A stretch of 64,000 bases of DNA from Balanoglossus misakiensis. Lineage: Eukaryota; Animalia; Hemichordata. Shown in pieces: positions 23,047 through 48,795 of the stretch (its first letter is position 1; every line of letters starts with the position of its first letter). Both the position numbers and the translations under genes were made by a program. The DNA is taken from NCBI GenBank assembly GCA_040954595.2, contig CM082577.2, positions 3,491,703 to 3,555,702 of the forward strand, given 5' to 3'. The notes under the pieces were generated by a model. That model did not search any database. It had not been told where the DNA came from and saw only the letters and a program-made list of their open reading frames with translations.

Positions 23047-26000
23047 ATGCCGTCGACTATGTTGCTGGGAATGCGGATCGTTTGTGCGGCGTGTGTAGTC
23101 TTCGCATTCTGCTGTAGTACGTCAGCGGCAGATTCAACGCCAACCACTTTCGATTTCACCCCGCCCGACGTCAAGTCCCTCACGGAGGGCCATGACCGAG
23201 ACATCCTGGTCAATCACTCGGCGCTGCACGACGATCTGCTCATGACAGTCACCAGCAGTGACGGCAAAGTGGCGAAAGTGCTCGATCCCGTCGTGTACAT
23301 CGCCGGGGAGTCATTGCCCGGCGTTGATGACAGCCCCAGCGATATTATCACTACGACTAATATTTCAACCTTCCGGGTGCGTGGAATCCAAATGGGGAAA
23401 ACGGTTTTAAAATTCCACCTCACCAGACCTGACGGCAGGGAGCTTTCCGAGAATGCGACGGTATATTTACCCGAGTTTCAAGTCTGGGTTCTGCGACCGA
23501 AAAGGTATTTACAACTCTCACCCGTATTTAACGTGTAATTAATTATTAATACTGCCAGGACATACTTTCACAATTCCAACAATCCCCCATTTAATTAAAA
23601 ATGAACAGTCAAAGCCCGCATGTTAAGTCATTGCCAAGAAAATTAGGCATAAACCAATCTAACATGCACCACCGCACGAACCATATTTGCTTTCCCAAAG
23701 GGATATTTCACCTTGACATGTAAGAATTACACTGTCTCTGGCCGTAATTACTTTTGAGAGTAACGGGGCATATTTGTTAGTGGTAATTACCCCGCTGGTA
23801 ACTAGGCTGAAAGCGAGCCTGTCCTCCCGCAGTTATGCGTCTGTGTGTTTGCGTAGGCAGGGTTTTATGCAATATATGCTCAGTGCCTGTCCACCAACCA
23901 CTTGCGGCTCCAGAACAAGAACAGGATGATGACAAATGGCTTAAACACGGATGTTTAACCTGATACAAACAAGTGATATTTCACCAGCTTCAAAGAATCA
24001 AGCATCCACTGTCATAAATCACACACACCCACACAATTCCTTAAAATACTCACAGGGGTATATACAGTCAAGAGTGGTAGATGAGTGACACTCTGAAAGT
24101 TAGTTGGTCCTGTTGACATGGCGACCATACAAATGCCTGTGGTAAAACTGGTCATACATATATACACACAGGCCCACTTGCCCCAATACACGCGTATACA
24201 GTTGTATAAAAAATATAATACTGCAGCCCAGTAGTTCTATTTTTACTCGTTCCACCCGATCGACGGTCGCCCGGGGGTATATTAACAATGTAAAAAGTCT
24301 TGAATTCGTAATATTTCATCATTGGTTATATTTATCAACACGCGAGCGCTTGGTTCCATATTGACTTCGCATGATCAATTTGACTTTGGTACCTGTGTCA
24401 CAATTTGTGAGAATTTGCAGGTGGTGAGACGAATTTCTCGAAAGCTAATATTTGTTGCTGCGTGCCAACATTATGGCCAACAGCCGAGCATCCCATAATA
24501 GATATGAAACTTCAACTCTCCTGCTTAGTGTCTAAGTTTACGGTTGCCTAGTTATCAATTGAGGGACGGACCATTTTTGATCCAATTTGATGACCGCCGG
24601 GACGGGGGGCTATACGACTTGCGCATCACAGGTCCTATTTGAGATTATTTTCTGTGGTGCTGGATACAATTCAAGTTATTATAAATGAATTATGAAAAAA
24701 GGGTCTGGACGGAAGAGGCCTGGCAGCCACGGTTTTCCTGAACAAGTCTCAGTCGGATGTGAATCTACGGGCAGCCATTGTGTCCATGCATTTCCAAGCG
24801 GGCATGGGATTATTCATTAGGCCTGGAGGCATATCAGCGACCTTTGCCAGATTAAACCAAGCATACATTCCTCCTGCAGCCCACAGCTTGGCTTTCAGTT
24901 TTCACCAGGTTTAAATAATAAGATCCATCAACGTATATTTTGCCTTCATAGTCGCAGTAACCTTTGACGATAAATTGATGAAAACCAATCAGTTAATTTT
25001 CTAAAAATTCAAAATTTCAAAATGATGACAGCGACATCGCCATCTTTGTTCATGTCTGTCAACTCACGGCCTAACTCGATGACGTAACGAGTCCAAATAT
25101 GGTCATGATGGAAAGGAGGATGTTACATGTGGTACCAGAGATTACCGAACATCCTTCTGTTATTTATCAAAATATTGTTTACGTTTACGGTTTAGTGTGT
25201 TTTCCGCTTTTCTGGTATCAAAAATCTTATTTGCTATGTGTGATTCAAATCTGGGAAAATTGGCAAAATAAACACCTAAGAAAGGGAAATTATTTGAACA
25301 AAATTAAAATTAATAGCGACGGTGGAAAAGATATGCGTAAAATACATCGAAATGTGCGTTGATTTTGGTTTTTCTTGCATTTTGTATTTAAACTTGTTTT
25401 CTTTTTCAGACTTGTGGACCAGATTTTCCCGTATGCGATTGTCCTTGTTCTAGTCGTGAACACGTGTACCATGGGCTGCAAATTGCAGTGGTCCGTCATC
25501 AAGTCGCTGTTGATCCGACCAGCCAGCGTTTCCATTGGCGCTTGCTGCCAATTTATAGGAATGCCCTTGGTAAGTCTGTGATTCAATGCCCGGGGTATTA
25601 GGGTCACTTCGCCGTGCCCTAGGTGTTTGAAGAAAAATTGCCGGCGTAAGATTTTTTTTTTCTTGGAGAAGAAAAATATAATAATTGCAATCCTGCGGCA
25701 GAGCTGCTATTACCCTAAATCCACCTCTCTGTGAAGAACGCGTCCTCACCGTACCCTTGAAGGGAACATGTAGGCATTGAGCTATTTCACACCGTGTAAC
25801 CTGGACCAAGTTTGCCGCTCTCAATGGAACGTGCACACTTCGAAATAGAAGTGAAAGAGCGAGGCTGAGATTTTTGTCGACATTACGCATGTACTGTTTG
25901 GCACCGTCCAATGTGCACCAGCCTCTTCGCGCCTACTTGGACAGGACTGAATTACTCTGTGTTACTTGGTGTCGCGCCGGGGTTAACCAAGCAGGCTATA

Positions 26001-29000
26001 TACAATGACAAAAACTCATCGTTGCCAAAACTCAATAATGGTGCAAAGGTTGCAATCCTAAATGACCCCCCAACAGAAGAGAATACGAGTACATCATGGT
26101 AGGTCTTACAGGACAATATTCAGCAGTGCAGAGCACGTACGTTCCTCTGGCAACCCACCTGTGCCGATGTGAAATGGACATACACGGTGCCGCTTCAGGA
26201 GACTTGAAGAATTGGGGCAACGTGGGAGAGTTGGAAATGTGTTAGCTGCAGTAATTGTAGCCTTGGTGGTGGGTTGGTTGGTTGATCGCTGACGGCTGGC
26301 CCGATCGCCCGTCAGCAATCAGGCCAGCCGTCAGGGATCAACCACCCCACCACCAAGGCTACAATTATTGCAGCCACTCATAAAGTGGGTCGCGATGGCT
26401 ACGTCGATTTACAGCCAGACCAGAGATGAATAAACTGTGATGATTTATTGCTGCTGTTTCAAAAGAAAATCGGCCTCGTTTATAGGTGCAAGCGTTTTTA
26501 TATCGCCAGGTTTTGGCAGTGTGACAAATATATAGAATCCGGCATGTGTCCGGCTAGACAGTACACTGTACCGGGAAGCAAGGCCGGATCACGTGCGTCA
26601 CGTCACTTTTTACCCCGAGACTACGACCACGGTTCAATATACTACCGTCACACCTGTCTATAGCACAAAGAGGATGGCATTTTTGAAAATAAGCTTATGT
26701 CATCCTTGCTATGCGAAAGCCGGGCCATCGAAAGCCATCGTCACTCTCACTCTCATTACGGGACACAGCTGGGCGAAACGCAATCAATTATGTACTATTT
26801 TTATCCTTCAGCTGATATAGAAAACTGTAATTATGATCTCCGTGTCGGACGAGCACACTGACTGATCGTCCGTAGCCAGCATGTTCTCCGCGCTGAAGAA
26901 TGAAACTGAGGCATTATGCACATAGAGATATAAAATCGAGATCTATGCGAGTCCAGGTGGCCAGTACAGCTTGTCATTTTTCATAGACTGGGCCCGAATG
27001 GAACCATATGATAGAAGAGAGTCGACGAAACTTTATCATATGAGAGCGAGAGAGACAGAGAGAAACAGAGACAGAGAGAGACAGAGAGAGATAGAGAGAG
27101 AGAGACAGTGACAGAGAGAGACAGATAGACAGACAGAGACAGAGACACACATAGGCAGACAGACTGACAGAGATGAACTTTTACTGACAGTATTCTTCAC
27201 GGTTGTATATTCACCCATCCATATTTTATGTTTTTCCTCGGCAGTTGGCTTTTATCATATCAGTGGCATTTTCACTACCAGTGGAGTCGGCGTTCGGCCT
27301 GTTGCTGATCGGCTGCTGCCCTGGCGGAGGACTCAGCAACATATTCTCTTTCCTCTTGGAAGGCGACCTTACCCTAAGCATCACCATGACTTTCTGCAGT
27401 ACAGTGCTTGCCTTGGGTGGGTATACATGTATTACTAATTTTATCGAGCGAAAGTCATACATTATAAATAAGTGATGAATGACTTCTGTTCCCACAATTG
27501 TATGAATTTGTATTAAATGTCATCATTATGATATTTTTCATTTAATGGCATTAATTATTCAATGCTTTCCAAACGTTTTGTCGACTTGAATAAAGACTAT
27601 CGCAATGGAAAGAGGTATTGTACTTATAAAAAGAGTCTGATAAAGCATGCAAAACCGTAGAGTAATTGAATTCGTGTTCATTTTCGTTTTAACTGGGAGT
27701 TTGAGTTACGCAACCATCACTTTACCGGTCACTTCTGACGCGGACACCGGTAACCATGGTTATAACTCCACGCCCTGCTTGAGTAATTCGGTGCATATCA
27801 CGCCCACATGCCATGCGCAAACCTGCGCATTACGTCATCATGTGTTTAGCCGAAAAGCAAACGTGGTTTGACCATATGCCATTCAGGCCAGTGCGTGTGT
27901 ACACAGAATACTACAAATAAAGTGACCGTGAAATAACTCGCAATTTTCAACAAAAACGACGCAAACGGGCGCCAGTGCAAATATACCCAACGACTTAGCG
28001 TATGTCCTGTCAACGTGTTTGTGTTCTGCGCTGTACATGGCAAACACGGTTGTTGGGCATAGTAACGTTATTGCATCTCTGAAATGTTTGCGACATAAAA
28101 GTTCTTGTATCCATTAACATATGAATTGACGACACGTCATCCGTGACGTTATATTTCGCACGTTAAACCTTTCAAGATAGCCTCATTAGAGGCATTCTCG
28201 CCATCAACTCCTCATGTAGGGGCTTCCTACATCGTAAGTCACTCTTAAAGTGCGCGTTTCATCTTTGCACAAACATCTGTTGCTTCACTCAGTTAGTCGG
28301 TCCCTGTCAATGGACACTAGCTTCATCTTTTGGCTATTTATCATCAGTGTTTTCTTTTCGATCTGAAACAACTACAGTTTCTTGTTCTATCTTCCTCCTG
28401 ACCAATTTCTCCTGTTTCTCTCTCTCCAGGAATGATGCCCCTGAATCTCTTCATTTACTCTCACTACTGGGAAAACGGTGGCGAGGCGTTTCCAGTGCCT
28501 TACATCACCATCATCGTGTCCCTGGCGCTGCTGTGCATCCCCGTGGGTGTCGGCATGGCAACCCGCCACTTCAAGCCGCTCTGGGCGCGGAAGGGGATAA
28601 TGTTGATCCGTCCAATGGGAATCCTTCTCATATTGCTCGCCTTGACGACGGGAGTGTATAGCAACATGTACCTGGTCAGCCAGTGGAGCGCTGTCGTTTT
28701 GTTGGTTTCTCTGTTGTTGCCGGTCGCCGGGTTCGCTCTGGGCGCGGCCGCCGCCCTGGTGTTCAAGAGGGATCCGCCGAAGTTGAGGACGATCTCCATG
28801 GAAACGGGGATCCAGAATTCTGCCTTGGCCACAGCGCTGATTGAGATCATGTATGATCAGCCGGACAGGGATTTGATGTCGGTCGTACCTCTAACTTGCG
28901 CCACGTGGCAGTTTGCTATTGTGAGAAACTTGGAATACTTGTACATGTAATACTTTAATGGGGGGAGAGAGACAGACACAGACAGACAGACAGACAGACA

Positions 29001-29718
29001 AAGACAGTCTGACAATGAACGGGAAGTATGGACAGAGAGAAACGTAGTACATAGGACAATTGTTTTTTGCAAGACATGAATCAGATTTATCGAAAGAATC
29101 AACATGGTAATATGGAGAGAGACTGCAGACACTGAAAAGATAGACAGACAGACAGTGACAGAAAATGACAGCAAGAGACAGAGAAATCATAGAGTTATTC
29201 TGACATAGAGAGGGACAGAAGAAACACGACGCGGGAAAATCTAACCACCCTGAACTGTTTTTTTTTCACCCCTCAGGTAACGGTGGCGTACGTCATTCTT
29301 GTTATTTACAAGTGGTTTCGTCGGAAGATGTCAACTCATAAATACTCAATAGACAGTAAAGGTAAGCTATTTAAAAGAAATAGAAGTAGGCCACTTCTTG
29401 TTCTGCTGCTTTGCGTAAAGACTTCACAAACTAAGGTTGTTTAGTCAGACAGAAAAAGCGGAAGGTCACATTACGGCCAGCGGTATTACAATTTTTGGAC
29501 GATTACAAGTGGAACCTTTTCGTTGATGTCAAGTGCTCATTTGAAATAATGTGTTTGGTGTTTAGAAAATTTGGGAGTAACACTTCACTTTTTTTCGTCT
29601 TTATTTTTATTTCTTTTCAGGCTGTGAAGATGGAGACACGAACCTTGACAATTCCACTGCAACCATGGTTTCAGTCATCAGTGGTGACACAGTCCCGGAT
29701 GTGAAGCCTCCATATTGA
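23047..29718 (+). CDS. SLC10-family sodium/bile acid cotransporter-like protein with signal peptide and N-terminal ectodomain, 6 coding exons
   Basis: Exons 23047-23504, 25410-25569 (TMGCKL...IRP...CCQFIGMPL), 27245-27416 (GCCPGGGLSNIFSFLLEGDLTLSITMTFCSTVLALG, SBF signature), 28430-28920 (MMPLNL...RTISMETGIQNSALA), 29277-29361, 29621-29718 (TGA). Confidence 0.93.
26245..26374. repeat. ~130-bp inverted repeat (foldback/MITE-like hairpin) in SLC10 intron 2
   Basis: Left arm GCTGCAGTAATTGTAGCCTTGGTGGTGGG...GATCGCTGACGGCTGGCC pairs with right arm GGCCAGCCGTCAGGGATC...CCCACCACCAAGGCTACAATTATTGCAGC; ~53-57 bp arms, ~20-nt loop. Confidence 0.88.
27041..27172. repeat. Degenerate (GA)n/(GACA)n simple repeat
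   Basis: Purine-rich GAGA/GACA tract in an SLC10 intron. Confidence 0.9.
28965..29215. repeat. Interrupted (GACA)n/(GA)n simple repeats
   Basis: GACAGACAGACA tracts at ~28965-29005 and ~29140-29185. Confidence 0.75.
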
Positions 29719-31241
29719 TGACCATAGTTCATGTAGTTCAGAAGGAGGAGTCTATGGTTCAACCAAACATGCGTACCGGCGTGTTGTCGTTCATTGGCAG
29801 ATATTTGGAGATACCGCGTTTCCACAGATGGCGTGACTAGAAATATTGTCGCCGAATGTTCTTGTTTGTTTGTTTGTTTTTAACTATACCTGCGCATACT
29901 CAAGTTTTTTGTCCAGTCAGTCGTGCTGACGATTCAAAGTGGACAATCAAACATTCGTAGCGTGTGACAAGAGGCTGTGTTTTAATAGTAATACCCAGAC
30001 ACCACGAGCTTTACTTTTACAGAGACAGTGGGACAGTCCCCACGACAATATCCGTCAGGCCTACGCAGCAAAAACTTATTTGAAGGGATTAAAGTATCGA
30101 TAACTTTATGATGTGTTGGAATTCGAGCGCCAGATTAACAATCATGGTGCAATTTTGTTCGCGTTCGCGATTTTCAAATGCAATTCCGTTTTATTTAAAA
30201 CTCTCGCATACGGTGTGCTAAAACTTGATTTATAAAGAATAGACCCAATCGCTGGAGCTGTCGTACATTCTATACACAATGCAAACATCTCTTCCCTGAC
30301 GAGGTGAGAATGACCCACCGATTTACAACTATCCAGTACAGCGATTTTCTGTCGCCTCTACACCGTACACCCACCACTGTTCAGCCAGCGGGGATTTGTG
30401 CTGCAATCGAATAAATAATTCAAAGAATGTTGACCGTCAGGTGCAGCGGTATCGATTTTCAAGACGTTTTGTAGACTTCGAGCTCATCGATCGATCATGT
30501 CAAAGTCACCGTCGCGCTGTCAAACTGACGTCACCGCCATATCAGAGGTCACCCACCGTGGCGCTCAGAAATGACGTCATTTATGAGGTTGTGCACAATA
30601 CGGATTTGAACTATTTTGGGGACACATAATGAAATGAGGATGGCATGTGTAAACGGCCACCAAAGAACGAAATATACTAATATTTCCCACCAGCTTTATC
30701 ATTGTGTTTCGTTCAAACAATACAACTTGCTCCCCTTCGTCTACATGTTCATTCTAGTCGTGTACAATTATCCCAAAATAGTTCGATTCGTATTACGAAG
30801 AGCTTGAAAACCAAAGATTATGACAATCTATTCAGCTTTATTGTTGTTGTTTGAATAATTTATGCGGTTATTTCGCATGTTTCACATTTTTTCGATACAG
30901 CAGAACATTTTTTTATTGTGTTGTTCGAAGGTTGGTAACTGTATGAATATACAATTTCATACATTGTCCAAAAATAAGTCCACGCATTTTCGATGCTGAC
31001 AGTTTTACAGAGGAGCTTTTAAATATACAAGGGCCCTGTACTGAAATGTTACACATGTCCAGCGACTCTACGTGACAAGTTGCAACACGGCGCGCACAGG
31101 AGCCTTATATTTTTGAAATGGGCTTAGAGGCTACGTACTGTCTTGTACTTATAAATTATTTGAAAACTTTTTTATTTTTCTCTCTTCGAGTGTATAATAA
31201 AATATATATGAAACAGGACAGAATAGTGTTTTGAACCTTCT

Positions 31242-31372
31242 CCACTACACTACACTTAATTACTCGATACTCAACTCTATCACACCACATGCATTCCATA
31301 CCATATCGCACTATACGACACCATAGCATACGGCGACATATACCGTTCAATCTGACTCTATCAGTGTACATA
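31242..31372. repeat. Highly degenerate pentanucleotide repeat
   Basis: Five-base periodicity (ACTAC ACTAC ACTTA...ACCAT ATCGC ACTAT ACGAC ACCAT AGCAT). Confidence 0.65.
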
Positions 31373-33980
31373 ATGTATGTAGGCCTAATAACAACACACT
31401 TCTCAAAACCTTAGTACACGTTTGTTGACTCATACTTGTAGACCCTAATTGTTGATCGCTTACCCCGAAAGTGGAAAATTAAATGAAATTTGTAAACGAG
31501 ACTCTGTTAGATAGATCAATCTACGCTACTTTAATTTTTATAAAAACCATGGCATTAAAGCAACCATCCATGCCACATCTTGACACTTTTTAAAAATTAC
31601 ATCGTCACGGTGATAATGAAAAGCTGCCAGTGAAGAAAATATATGAAATGAGCATCGCGTATGTGCATTAATGTTATAGATTTTGTCAACAACTATCCTA
31701 TTAGGCGTGTTCAAAAATAGTTTCAATCGTGCTAAAAATAAAACCTACATGAAAAGAATTGCCCTCGCGAGGTTTCTATTAGACAAATGAAAAATAATGG
31801 GGTTCTGGCTTATGCTGAACGAAGCATGTCGGGTTTATAATTTTGTTGGCGGTAACTTTATTTACCATACAGAAACCGTCGAATCCACCACCGTTGTTAG
31901 GATTGGCCGTGAATTAACACACACCACTATATACCTACTTCTATTCGAGCTTGCGTTGAATGAAATCATCATGGCTATTTTTTTCTGCCGGCGCTGAAAA
32001 TGGGGTGAACGGCCTTGGAAGGGCTGATAACCTATGGTTGTCATACCAGCAGATTGTATGACCCGGATCCACGGATTCGTGTACGTACAGGTGTCGCTCA
32101 CTTGTCAAATTGTACAGTATGATACAGTTTGCCGATATTTCACCTGCTGTCGTAATCGCATGTAACTGGCGTCGACCAGATTCGGGTGGTTATTTGGGGA
32201 GTTTTATGATGTAGTGTTCTGTACTTTTGGTCGGATCAAATGTGTATCACATGTGTTATGCAGGTATACAAATAACATAAATTCCTTGATACAATATCAT
32301 TGTACTTTCTGAATTGGGGTCGAGTTGCAGCCACCCAACACAGGAACCTGCTGTGAAAAATACCATACCCATACCTTGTCGCATAGCCCGGGAGTGTTGT
32401 TATAATTGGCTTGTGAGTCGAGCTTTCTCGCAAATATCATTGAAGTAACGGAGCATGCAGTTTTTTAATCGAATTCTATTTTTATGCATTCATTTATTGT
32501 GAGCACTGCTTAATCAAACTTTCAAACAATCACCGTCAGTGGGAAGTTTCTACGGGCTGATACAGCTCCATAATGCCTCCAAGCCTATTACATTGTCATT
32601 TCTCGGACAATGTTGACAACTTTCATCTGCACACAGTCGCCGATGGTTACCTTCCTTTGGCTTCCCAGAACACGCGTCACCACACGTGACATGACCACAG
32701 GAGGCGAAACCTTCCCATCCATGCTATCACCATCACAAAACCTCGAGGGGGGGGGGGAGGTTTACGCACGCAGCCAGAGCTCAAGATTCACATCCATGCA
32801 TCATACACATCATCTACACAAGATAATTATCCATGCTGATAAAATTTGGCATTTCATTGCAAAGCAATTCAACACTTTCACTTCCGTATTCTATTGACAC
32901 CACTCTGGTGGTGGTTGAATATTTGCATACGCAAATAATAAATATTTGCATATGCAAATAACAGGGTTGTGAAGGAATTGATAGCAACAGGTACATAAGG
33001 TTTCAATGCCCTAGTTTTCCTAGCCTGCGTGCTTATGCTGCTGAGCATCAGTTCATTTGAAGCGAGGTGAAGTGGATCAAGGCCAAACAACAGCAAAAGG
33101 ACTGAATTTATCAAACACAGAAACATGGGAAAATTGAGGCGCGTTCGTTCGGGGAGGAGAGCTGAAGGTGCATGAAAACAAAAGCACTGGGAAAAACTAT
33201 GGACACCACAGGGATGTATATTTTGATGCTTTTTTCCAGCAAGTTTTTAATAAGGATTTGTGACGCAAAGCACTGTCTCCACTCTATGGCTTTCTCTCTC
33301 TCTCTCTCTTATTGGGGTACATGTATTTACAAGTGAAGAACCATAAACAGGAGATATAGCCAGCGCATACACACATACGTCAAAAGAACTCCATACCATC
33401 CAAGTACAACTGAGCTGTACAAAAATAAGGCCCAGTCTTCAAGTCAGTGCAGTATGTATAATCGTATATTAAAAGATCATCCACAGTCGACTGGATAAGT
33501 TTTTACTCTTTTTCAAACATTTTTATGAAAAATGACAGGGGAAAAAATAACATAAAACTATCATGATTTTTTTTCTTTTTTTTTTAAATCTTGTACATAA
33601 TTTTTCGTCAGAATTATTTGCTTCCATAGTTGACGCAACTCTGATTGTTTAAACAACTAAAACAAAACACCGTAAATTTCCCCCCTCTTCTCCCCAACCT
33701 TTAAATTTCAACCTCAGCAAGTTGTTCACACGCAAAGTTCAATGGAACTTTTTTTTCAGAGTTTCTCGCTGTTAACTAGTCCTTGCTCAGCACAACCCTT
33801 CAAGAGTGTTTTTATCTTAAATCTCGGGAAGTATTTAGTAAAAGGAAACGAACACCACTCCATTGGTTGATCACAATGATGTTGGAAAAGTTGTTATAGC
33901 CCCCTCGTTCAGCAGGAGGGGAGGTTTCTTTTGTTTTTATTCATTGGCGTCAGCGTTTGCGTATTATAACACCCAATGGG

Positions 33981-47758
<13,778 letters not shown>

Positions 47759-48795
47759 GGTGCTACGATTTCCTAGTGTAGAGATGATAAATCATACTAA
47801 GGAACGACTAAATGCTCGCTACTATATGCGATTGAGAAGGAATATTTGTTCTTTCTCCTCGTATTTTTGCGAATCGCTACAAATTTCCAATATGGCCGAC
47901 TTGCAGCACACAGGTAATTTAAATTTATAATCCTCCGAGAAAAAGTAGTTCCTCGATGATGAAGCCCCAGTCAAATCTGTAAGGTCATTAAGGCTATATT
48001 TATTTGTACGATGCAATTCTAATAAAACAATGGGGCTCCTTTAGAAACATTTTGCTATAATGAGAGAATATTTATTGATAATATCAAAATTTATCTTCCG
48101 CTCGTCAAGGTGAACTACTTTTAGGTGATGTGATACGGTCGACATTATGGGATGTCGTCACGTTTAGCATCCTGGGATTGATGAAATCTTTCGGTTCGGC
48201 ATTTTTGTCATTTTGACCTTAGTTGCCCCTTGTCCTTTTTTCGGACGGTGCAAGAGCGTTCCTGACAAATCTGTAAACTGCGAATAAAACACTAAGTGTC
48301 AAGGTCAGGTTACGTTCACACCGCAAAGATTTCTGGGACTTCTTGCGCAGACTCAGTTGAGCGGTGTCAATTTTTTAATTTACAGGAATTCCCGCTTGTG
48401 ATTCTATTTACAAATCCCGTCGTAAACTATCGGGGGAGAGCACATCGGTTTGTGTGGACGAGAATGAAGGCGTGTTATAAACCGGCTAACCACACCAATA
48501 ACAGGTTAGACATATCAGTTCACTTGTATATCATGAAACGGGAAAAAGTTTTAAGATGCAGACTTGCAGTCTGTTTGTTATGCTTTGGCCAGTTTGACAA
48601 TCTGCAGCTGAACATGTTTTGACAGTGCAGTGGTATGTGGTAGCGACTGTGAGTACTTAATTACTGAATCAGAGAGAAGTGTGGTAAAACCCAACTCTTT
48701 CCCTTACAATTACAGAAAACTAAAATACCCATAAGTGCACAGGTTTGATGTGAACCAGTTCACACTTTTGACTCCCCCTGACCAAGTCATTGGTA
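47759..48795. promoter_or_regulatory. Bidirectional promoter region of CNOT3 and CEP131 with a YY1-type site
   Basis: Start codons lie ~1.04 kb apart on opposite strands; locally CpG-richer; CAATATGGCCGAC (AANATGGC YY1 consensus) at 47888-47900. Confidence 0.6.

Noticed and set aside
29713-29727. Stop-codon readthrough or selenocysteine at the SLC10 TGA
   Set aside because: TGA TGA CCA TAG gives tandem stops with no extension, and no SECIS was recognised.
29719-33980. Short ORFs between SLC10 and CNOT3
   Set aside because: No homology cues or exon chain; consistent with convergent 3'UTRs and intergenic DNA.
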